DNA of 64,000 nt. Source: an uncultured Enterobacterales bacterium. GTDB lineage: Bacteria > Myxococcota_A > UBA796 > CAJQPC01. Below are positions 57,577-64,000 of this stretch, piece after piece. The notes below the pieces were generated by a model. It was not told the origin of the DNA. It did not search any database and worked only from the letters and a program-made list of their open reading frames with translations. The position numbers were made by a program, and so were the translations under genes. The stretch spans positions 29,110 to 93,109 of the forward strand of contig CAZSAT010000001.1 of assembly GCA_964604675.1 (NCBI GenBank), given 5' to 3'. Each line of letters opens with the position of its first letter. Positions within the stretch are counted from its first letter, which is position 1.

Positions 57577-58074
57577 ATGTTGCTGTTGCTCGCCTGCACC
57601 CCCGGCCAGACCCTCGACGACTCGCTCCCCGGCTCCCTGAGCGAGGACGAGGTGGCGCCAGACTTCGCGCTGGAGGACGTCAACGCCACGTCGGTCACCG
57701 CCGGCACCAAGCTGGGGCCCCAGGACCTGCGCGGCACGATCAGCGCCTGGTACTTCGGCCACGGTACGTGAAGCTACTGCAGCAGCCAGTTCGGCTACCT
57801 CGACCAGATGCAGGCAGAGCTCGATCACGTGACCATCGCGGGTGTGAACGAGGCCGGCCACGAGTCCGGCAACGAGGCCTTCACCGACGGCCGCGACCTG
57901 CCCTGGCTGCAGGACGTCGAGGGTGTGGACGTCTGGTCCAGCTGGGGCATCGACTACCGCGACGTGATCGTGCTCGACGGCGAGGGCTACCCGCTCTTCC
58001 GGTACAACCTGACCGAGCACGACCTGGGTACGGACTACGACGAGCTCAAGCAGCTCTTGGACGACGCCGCCTGA
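57577..58074 (+). CDS. thioredoxin-fold (TlpA/redoxin-like) lipoprotein with an in-frame TGA at 57769-57771; candidate selenoprotein (UxxC), otherwise a pseudogene
   Basis: Track ORFs 57577-57771 and 57808-58074 are in the same frame. Read-through gives ISAWYFGHGT-U-SYCSSQFGYLDQMQAEL, with the TGA at the first position of the CxxC-type redox motif. Leader MLLLLAC. GGAG lies 6 nt upstream of the ATG. Confidence 0.6.
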
Positions 58075-58105
58075 GGCGCTACGATTCGAGCGTTCGGGAG
58101 TGCCC

Positions 58106-59272
58106 ATGAACCTGTCGCCGTCCGGCGCAGCCCGCGTAGCCAAGGCCTTCGTCACACGCAGGGTGCCGGTCTATGCCCACTTCGGCACCACCCACCGCTG
58201 CGACCTCACCTGCAAGATGTGTGGGATCTGGCGCTACGGGAACGAGAAGGAAGAGATCAAGCTGCCCGACGTGCAGCAGATGGCCGCGCTCTTCCGGCGG
58301 CTCGGCGTGGTGCAGGTCAGCCTCGGGGGCGGCGAGCCCTTCGCCCGCGACGACATCGAGGAGTGCGCCAAGGCCTTCGTGGACGAAGGGCTGAACACGC
58401 GCCTGCTCACCAACGCCGTCAACGTGCCCAAGGAGCGGCTCGAGAAGGCCGTGTCCTACGGCGTCAAGAACTTCAGCATCAGCCTCGACAGCCTCTACCC
58501 GAAGCGCTTCGACTACATCTGCGAGCAGGAAGGCTCGTGGGACGGCGCCGTCGAGAACATGACCTGGCTCGCCAACCGCCTCAAGGGAAGCGGCGGCCTG
58601 TTGGTGATGAACACGGTCGTGTCGAACCTGAACCTCGAAGAGATCCCCGAGCTGGTGCGCTTCGCCAGGGAGATCGGCTTCGCCGTGTCGTTGCTGCCGA
58701 TCGAGCTGTTGGCCGACGCCAAGGCGGGCGTGCGCAACTGGGAAGCGCGCTTCATCCGGCACCGCCCGGAGATGGGCCTGGTCGAAGGCCCGCAGGGCAA
58801 CGTCTCCGAACGCATCGACAAGGTCTACAGCCAGCTCATCGACATGAAGAAGCGCGGCGCACCCATCCTGAACAGCTCGCCCTACCTGCGGAGCTCGGCC
58901 ACCTACCTGAAGACCGGGCGCTTCCCGGCCGACGGGTGCGACGCGGGGCGGCTCTACTTCTCGGTGTCGCCCAACGGCCAGTTCACGATCTGCCACCGCA
59001 CCAGCCACGACTACGTGCACATCCTCGACCCGAACTTCGAGGAGTACTTCCACTCGGAAGCCTACGAGCGCAAGCGCATGCTCGAGGCCGGGGCCTGCGA
59101 TGGCTGCATGCGCGCTTGCTGGATCGACACCAGCTCGATGTTCCGCACCATGGAGGGCTTCTTCGAGACCGCGAAGCTCAACCTCTCCCAGGTGCAGAAG
59201 AACCCCATCGACTGGGACGAGGCCAGGACCTGGGCCCGCTACGACGACGCGCCCCAGGCGGTCGCCAAGTAG
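58106..59272 (+). CDS. radical SAM enzyme with a SPASM/twitch-like C-terminal Cys cluster (paralog of 4014-5090)
   Basis: CxxxCxxC in TTHRCDLTCKMCGIW. VSLGGGEPF. C-terminal GCDAGRLYFSVSPNGQFTICH and ACDGCMRAC (Cx2Cx3C). I preferred the ATG at 58106 (GGGAG 5 nt upstream) to the GTG at 58100. Confidence 0.88.
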   Translation: MNLSPSGAARVAKAFVTRRVPVYAHFGTTHRCDLTCKMCGIWRYGNEKEEIKLPDVQQMAALFRRLGVVQVSLGGGEPFARDDIEECAKAFVDEGLNTRLLTNAVNVPKERLEKAVSYGVKNFSISLDSLYPKRFDYICEQEGSWDGAVENMTWLANRLKGSGGLLVMNTVVSNLNLEEIPELVRFAREIGFAVSLLPIELLADAKAGVRNWEARFIRHRPEMGLVEGPQGNVSERIDKVYSQLIDMKKRGAPILNSSPYLRSSATYLKTGRFPADGCDAGRLYFSVSPNGQFTICHRTSHDYVHILDPNFEEYFHSEAYERKRMLEAGACDGCMRACWIDTSSMFRTMEGFFETAKLNLSQVQKNPIDWDEARTWARYDDAPQAVAK

Positions 59273-59458
59273 CTACGCGGCGGCGGGCTCGAGCACCCGA
59301 ACCGCCACCTGCATCGCGCGCTTCACCAGCCAGCACCACACCGGCAGCAACATCGCGAGCACCGGGTGCTCGGCGATCGGGAGTGCGCTCATCGGCAGCA
59401 CCACCAACACCAGGAACGCCAGCATCCAGGTCGCGGCGAGCAGGTTGCGCTGGGCCAT
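59273..59458 (-). CDS. small two-TM membrane protein
   Basis: MAQRNLLAATWMLAFLVLVVLPMSALPIAEHPVLAMLLPVWCWLVKRAM... GGAGG lies 5 nt upstream of the ATG at 59458. GC3 is high. Its stop abuts the stop of the convergent radical SAM gene. Confidence 0.5.
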   Translation of the reverse strand: MAQRNLLAATWMLAFLVLVVLPMSALPIAEHPVLAMLLPVWCWLVKRAMQVAVRVLEPAAA

Positions 59459-59549
59459 CGGTGCCTCCATCTGGAGCTTCACCCGACCGCGCGTTCCGCG
59501 GGATGTCAGGCCGGTTGCAGCGCCTGGAGGTCACAGCTACGTTCGCTGG

Positions 59550-60956
59550 ATGATCGGCTGGGCCCCGCTCTTCGGCATCCTCGCGGGCTGCGGCCCATCC
59601 GGGCTGGACACCAGCCATCGGGACAGCGCCGACAAGCCACCGGCCGAGCCACCCTACTCGGTGTTCCTGATCACGGTCGACACCGTGCGGGCCGAGCTCC
59701 TCAGCCCCTTCTACGAGCTGGACACCACACCGAACCTGGCGGGCTTCTACGACCAGGCGACCACCTTCACCCAGGCGACGGCGCCTCGGGGCCTGACGCC
59801 CGTCGCCATGGCCACCTTCCTCACCGGCTTCTACCCCCGCAGCCACGGCGTGCGCGAGCCGCTGGACCTCCGGGGGGGCTGGAAGGGAGCCGTGCCTCTG
59901 TTGGCCCAACGCTTCAACGACGCCGGCTACGACACCCACGCCTTCGTGTCCACGTGGACCTCGATGGCGGTCGGCTTCGACCACACCACCGTGACCCCGG
60001 CCGGCAGCCGGGAGATCCCCACGGTCGAGACCGACCTCAGCCTGGTCAAGACGGCCTACAACGTGATCGAGCGGACCGATCGGGACACCCCCGTCTTCGT
60101 CTGGGTGCACCTGCTCACCCCCCACGACCCCTACGAGGCGGCCGAGCCGTGGTTCTCCGAGCGCGTCGACCCGGACTACCGCGGGCTGCTCTACGACGAC
60201 CGCGGTCGCATCGACACGCAGCTCCTGTCGGGGGTGGCGCTCGGCAACCAGGTGGCCGACGAGGCCGACGAGGCCTACCTCGAGGCGGTCTACACGAGCG
60301 AGCTCAACCAGATCGACGAGCAGCTCGGTCTGCTGTTCGGCCACCTGAAGAAGACCGGCGATTGGCATGACTCGGTGATCGCGGTGGGCTTCGACCACGG
60401 CGAGACCCTGCTCGAGCGCGACGACTACGCCTTCCACGGCTGCTCGCTGTACGAGGAGGTGATCAACGTGCCCTTCAGCTTCCGCGCGCCCGGCGCGGAC
60501 GAGCCGCGCACGATCGAAGCCCCGGTGTCCACGGCGGATGTGGCGCCCACGCTCATCGAGCTGGCCGGCCTGACCTGGGCCGGGGATCGCGACGGCCACT
60601 CGCTCGCGTCAGCCATCTACGACGGCGTGGTGCCCGAGCGGGACGTGTTCTTCTCGCGGGTCGACAGCTCGATCGGCATCCGCCGCGGGGACTGGAAGTA
60701 CGTCCTGGCGCCAGGGGGCACCTTCAACGGCTGCGCGCCCTTCGAGACCCGCCGCGAGTACCGCTACGAGATGCCGGAGCAGAGCCTGCACGACCTGGCC
60801 ACCGATCCCCACGAACGCGACAACCTGGTCGAGACCGAGGTCGAGAAGGCCGCCGAGCTTAGGGCCGCGGCGTGCGCGTACGTCACGTCCGCGCCCTGGT
60901 CCCACGACACGCAGGACGACCAGAACGAGCTGGTGACGGCCTGCACCGAAGGCTGA
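59550..60956 (+). CDS. sulfatase-family (alkaline-phosphatase superfamily) lipoprotein with Thr at the nucleophile position
   Basis: Lipobox MIGWAPLFGILAGC. FLITVDTVRAE, TPNLAGF, LTPVAMATFLTGFYPRSHGV, VWVHLLTPHDPY, GFDHGE and HGCSLYEEVINVPF. The canonical C/S-x-P-x-R motif is absent. Confidence 0.83.
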   Translation: MIGWAPLFGILAGCGPSGLDTSHRDSADKPPAEPPYSVFLITVDTVRAELLSPFYELDTTPNLAGFYDQATTFTQATAPRGLTPVAMATFLTGFYPRSHGVREPLDLRGGWKGAVPLLAQRFNDAGYDTHAFVSTWTSMAVGFDHTTVTPAGSREIPTVETDLSLVKTAYNVIERTDRDTPVFVWVHLLTPHDPYEAAEPWFSERVDPDYRGLLYDDRGRIDTQLLSGVALGNQVADEADEAYLEAVYTSELNQIDEQLGLLFGHLKKTGDWHDSVIAVGFDHGETLLERDDYAFHGCSLYEEVINVPFSFRAPGADEPRTIEAPVSTADVAPTLIELAGLTWAGDRDGHSLASAIYDGVVPERDVFFSRVDSSIGIRRGDWKYVLAPGGTFNGCAPFETRREYRYEMPEQSLHDLATDPHERDNLVETEVEKAAELRAAACAYVTSAPWSHDTQDDQNELVTACTEG

Positions 60957-60995
60957 GCTCCCAGCCACCGCCGAAAGCGATTAGGACCGAGCCCC

Positions 60996-61712
60996 GTGCG
61001 CATCGCCCTCGCCATCTTCCGCCGTGAGCTCGCGAGCTTCTTCAACACGCCTCTGGCGTACATCGTCGTGCCGGTCTTCCTGGTCCTGGTCGGGCTCTTC
61101 TCGCTCTTCTTCAACGACCTGTTCGACGCCGGACTCGCCACCATGCGCACGGTCTTCTTCTGGTCGGCGATGTTCCTGGTGCTGCTCGTACCGGCGGTGA
61201 CCATGCGGCTCTTCGCCGAGGAGAAGCGCACCGGCAGCCTGGAGCTCGTGGCCACCCTGCCGCTGCAGGAAGTCCACATGGTCGCCGGCAAGTACCTGGC
61301 GGCCCTGGCCCTGGTCACCATCGCGCTCGCGCTCACCGCGTCCTACCCGCTCACCCTCGCCGCCCTGGGCGACCTGGACTGGGGCCCCGTCGTCGGCGGC
61401 TACCTCGGCCTCTGGCTCCTGGGTGCCGCCTACACGTCGATCGGCATCGCCACCTCGAGCTTCACGTCGAACCAGATCGTGGCCTTCCTGCTGGCCATGT
61501 TCGGTTGCCTGGTGCCCTACGTGATGGGGCTGTTCCTGCACCAGGTGCCCGCCAGCGTGCTGCCGCTCGTGCAGTACTGCTCCTTCGACTACCACTTCTC
61601 GAGCATGGCCCGGGGCATCGTCGACACCCGGAACCTGGCCTTCTACCTGGGGGTGGTCGGCACCTTCCTGCACGTGGCGGTCTTCGCCCTCGAGCAGCGG
61701 CGTCTGGCGTGA
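60996..61712 (+). CDS. ABC-2 type transporter permease (GldF-like)
   Basis: A six-TM profile. The N-terminal IFRRELASFFNTPLAYIV and LFAEEKRTGSLELVATLPL are typical of the family. The start is GTG. Confidence 0.87.
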   Translation: MRIALAIFRRELASFFNTPLAYIVVPVFLVLVGLFSLFFNDLFDAGLATMRTVFFWSAMFLVLLVPAVTMRLFAEEKRTGSLELVATLPLQEVHMVAGKYLAALALVTIALALTASYPLTLAALGDLDWGPVVGGYLGLWLLGAAYTSIGIATSSFTSNQIVAFLLAMFGCLVPYVMGLFLHQVPASVLPLVQYCSFDYHFSSMARGIVDTRNLAFYLGVVGTFLHVAVFALEQRRLA

Positions 61713-63304
61713 CACCCCGCTTGAAGCTGCGGCTCGACTCCCTGGTCCAGATGGTCCTGGTGGTGTTCATCTGGGTGGGGTTCAACACCTTCTCGGCGGA
61801 TCACTTCACCCGGCTCGACCTCACCGAGGATCGGATCCACACCCTCTCGCAGGCCGGGCGCCAGCTGATGTCGCGGGTCGAACGCCCCCTCGTGGTGAAG
61901 GTCTTCTTCACCGGCGGCCTCGAGACCCCGTACAACAACCACGAGCAGGTGCTGGTCGACAAGCTGCGGGAGTTCCAGGCGTGGTCCGGCGGCCAGCTCG
62001 AGCTCACGGTGCAGGATCCCACCGGCGACGAGGAGCTGCAGGCGGAAGCGCAGCGCCTGGGCATCCAGCCCATCCAGTACCGCTTCAAGTCCTCCCAGCG
62101 AGCCGAGCTTCGGCAGGTCTACATGGGTGCGGCGTTGTTCTACGGCGACCAGCAGCAGATCCTGCCGGCCATCACCAACGTCGACACGGTCGAGTACGAC
62201 CTCGCGCGGGCCATCAAGGTCCTGCTCGACGGCGGCGAGCGCCGGACCATCGGCTACACCACGGGACACGGTGAGCCCGACCTCGCAACGGCCGGCGGGC
62301 CCGTCCAGACCCTGCGCGCCAAGCTCCAGGAGAGCTACGACCTGGTCCCGATGACCCTCGGCGGGCCAGGCCTCATCCCCGAAGAGGTCGACGCGGTCTG
62401 GATCGTCGGGCCGCAGTCCGAGCTGAACCTGCGCGAGCAGTACCAGCTCGACCAGTTCCTCATGTCGGGCCGACCGGTGGCCACCTTCCTGCGGAACACC
62501 CTGCCCAACATCCGCCAGAACCGCGCCACGCCGGTCTACCACGGGCTCGAGGCCTGGCTCGGTCACCACGGGGTTCGGGTGAACCGCGACGTGGTCGTCG
62601 ACCGCGTGCACAACGGCGTGATGCGCTTCCCCGTACGCCAGGGCCAGTACCAGGTGATGGCGCCGGTGAACTATGCGCTCATCCCAAAGATCACGGAGCT
62701 CTCGACCGAGAGCCCGGTCGTCAACGGGCTCGACCAGATGCTCTTCCCCTTCGCGAGCTCGATCGAGCTGGCCGAGTCCACCGAGGAGCTCACCTACGAC
62801 GTGCTCGCGCGGGCCAGCGAAGAGGCCGGACGGATCCGCAACATCCAGGTCGTGCATCCCCAGCACTACACCGTGCGCGACCCCAGCGAAGAGGTCGGAC
62901 CGTGGGCCGTCGCGGTGACCGCCCGGGGCACCTTCCGCAGCTTCTTCTCGGGTCGCGAGATCCCGGAGGCCGTGGTGCAGTCGGTCGACGAAGAGCCGGA
63001 TGCGCCGCTCATCGTCGAGTCCGCACCCACGCGGCTCGTGGTGGTCGGCAGCGCCGACATGATCGCGAACAACACCGGCTTCATGCTCAACCTGGCCGAC
63101 TGGATGGTGCAGGACGAAGCGCTGATCTCGATCCGCACCAAGAGCGTGCAGGTGCCGCCGCTCGAGAGCCTCGACGGCCAGAGGCTGCTCGCCGTGAAGC
63201 TCGCCAACCTGGGCGGCCCGGCGCTCCTGCTCATCCTCTTCGGCGCCTTCCGCTTCGGGATCCGTCGACGCGTGGAGCAAGCCCCGCGCAGGAGCCCGGC
63301 GTGA
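61709..63304 (+). CDS. GldG-like ABC-transport auxiliary protein
   Basis: The GTG overlaps the permease stop (GTGA at 61709-61712). An N-terminal TM segment, then RLDLTEDRIHTLS, VKVFFTG, TTGHGEPDL and a C-terminal TM segment plus basic tail. Confidence 0.85.
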   Translation: MTPRLKLRLDSLVQMVLVVFIWVGFNTFSADHFTRLDLTEDRIHTLSQAGRQLMSRVERPLVVKVFFTGGLETPYNNHEQVLVDKLREFQAWSGGQLELTVQDPTGDEELQAEAQRLGIQPIQYRFKSSQRAELRQVYMGAALFYGDQQQILPAITNVDTVEYDLARAIKVLLDGGERRTIGYTTGHGEPDLATAGGPVQTLRAKLQESYDLVPMTLGGPGLIPEEVDAVWIVGPQSELNLREQYQLDQFLMSGRPVATFLRNTLPNIRQNRATPVYHGLEAWLGHHGVRVNRDVVVDRVHNGVMRFPVRQGQYQVMAPVNYALIPKITELSTESPVVNGLDQMLFPFASSIELAESTEELTYDVLARASEEAGRIRNIQVVHPQHYTVRDPSEEVGPWAVAVTARGTFRSFFSGREIPEAVVQSVDEEPDAPLIVESAPTRLVVVGSADMIANNTGFMLNLADWMVQDEALISIRTKSVQVPPLESLDGQRLLAVKLANLGGPALLLILFGAFRFGIRRRVEQAPRRSPA

Positions 63305-64000
63305 TCCCCACCTTCAAGACCAAGCTGCTGATGGTCGTGGCGGTGCTCGTGGGGCTCGCCAACCTGATCCCAGGCGGCAGCCGCGCCACGGCGGACCTGC
63401 CGATGCTGGCGGCCCTCGCCGTCGACGACGTCACGCGCATCGAGATCACGCAGGGCGCCAAGGCCAAGGTCAGCCTCGTCCTCGAGGACGGTGAGTGGCA
63501 GCTGGTCAGCCCGGTGAAGGCGAGCGCCGACACACCCGGCATCCGCCGGCTGCTCCGCTTGCTGGACGACGGCATCCCGATGGACGCCCGGATCGACGAA
63601 GCCAACCCCGACCCCTACGGCCTGGACTTCCAGGACGCGGCGGCGGTCGACCTCTACACGGGCGGCGACGTCGCCACCGTGAGCTTCGTCATCGGCTGGG
63701 ACACGAGCGGCGGGTCGAGCTTCGTGCGCCTGCACGAGGACGACACGGTCTACCGCGCCAAGATCGGCGGACGCGCCCGCTGGGACCGCGAAGTCGACCT
63801 CTGGCGCGACCCCTTCGTGGTGCGCACGGACCGCGCCGAGCTCACCGACATCGAGGTCACGGTGGGCGACGAACACTTCACGCTGACCAGCGATGGCGGG
63901 GCTGCCGGCGGCGCCGCGCGGCGGTGGAGCGTGGTCGAGTCGCCCGGCTTCGCGCTGGACCAGCGCACGGTCGAAGCGTGGGCCGCCAGCCTGGTGTCGC
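63301..64000 (+). CDS. DUF4340-like protein, N-terminal part (3' end lies outside the window)
   Basis: The GTG overlaps the upstream stop (GTGA at 63301-63304). The frame is open to the window end. Translation (M)IPTFKTKLLMVVAVLVGLANLI...ITQGAKAKVSLVLEDGEWQLVSPVKASADTPGIRRLL. It has the usual position downstream of GldG-like genes. It is absent from the ORF track because no stop codon is reached. Confidence 0.68.
   Translation, partial: MIPTFKTKLLMVVAVLVGLANLIPGGSRATADLPMLAALAVDDVTRIEITQGAKAKVSLVLEDGEWQLVSPVKASADTPGIRRLLRLLDDGIPMDARIDEANPDPYGLDFQDAAAVDLYTGGDVATVSFVIGWDTSGGSSFVRLHEDDTVYRAKIGGRARWDREVDLWRDPFVVRTDRAELTDIEVTVGDEHFTLTSDGGAAGGAARRWSVVESPGFALDQRTVEAWAASLVS

Noticed and set aside
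57769-57807. Treating 57577-57771 and 57808-58074 as two independent small genes or a simple pseudogene.
   Set aside because: This is not fully excluded, but I weighted it down. The frames are identical, the fold is only complete when the two are joined, the TGA falls exactly on the redox Cys position, and the second ORF lacks its own RBS. The SECIS evidence is weak, so the pseudogene alternative remains open.
58106-60956. The radical SAM gene 58106-59272 as an anaerobic sulfatase-maturating enzyme for the neighbouring sulfatase-family gene.
   Set aside because: The sulfatase-family protein has no C/S-x-P-x-R target motif (Thr at the nucleophile position). A convergent small gene separates the two. 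The radical SAM gene is instead coupled to the DegT and redoxin genes upstream.

Overview
The window is a very GC-rich, gene-dense chromosomal segment. I call about 68 protein-coding genes. I saw no rRNA, tRNA, CRISPR array, transposase or integrase. GC content was judged by eye and from third-codon positions, not computed. Two MYXO-CTERM-like C-terminal sorting tails, a sigma-54 enhancer-binding regulator and many lipoproteins suggest a Myxococcota-like Gram-negative host; this is inference. Family names come from motifs I recognise in the translations, not from database searches.

Main blocks:
- 0.4-14.5 kb: envelope-glycan and LPS inner-core genes. These include GT2, radical SAM, an FMO-like flavoprotein, a GT-C-like membrane protein, two NodU/CmcH carbamoyltransferases, a GT9 heptosyltransferase, a KdoO-like hydroxylase and a second GT2.
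- 16.6-20.6 kb: a sigma-54-type operon encoding a YHYH lipoprotein, an unknown lipoprotein, a histidine kinase and an NtrC-type regulator.
- 20.6-28.6 kb: secreted proteases (matrixin, HtrA/Nma111-like, subtilase).
- 28.7-33.2 kb: an EF-G paralog followed by a RecA/KaiC-like ATPase fused to a SLOG-like domain, then a DUF1704 (QEGLA/MATCAP-like) peptidase.
- 36.9-40.1 kb: a YdbS/YdbT-like PH-domain pair coupled to a metallophosphoesterase and SfsA.
- 44.6-47.1 kb: an ECF sigma operon.
- 47-56 kb: mixed metabolism genes (GMC oxidoreductase, pfkA, moaC and others).
- 56.3-59.3 kb: a DegT aminotransferase, a thioredoxin-fold lipoprotein and a SPASM/twitch radical SAM enzyme.
- 59.5-64 kb: a sulfatase-family lipoprotein followed by an ABC-2 permease, a GldG-like protein and a DUF4340 protein.

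Most notable observations:
- An in-frame TGA in the thioredoxin-fold lipoprotein creates a UxxC motif, making it a candidate selenoprotein.
- The EF-G / ATPase-SLOG / DUF1704 module is one I do not recognise.
- At least 11 genes start with an ultra-short M-x-L-L-L-A-C type lipobox leader.
- A near-consensus sigma-54 promoter with an upstream inverted repeat precedes the YHYH operon.
- A five-gene, translationally coupled GT2 / radical-SAM operon does not match a pathway I know.
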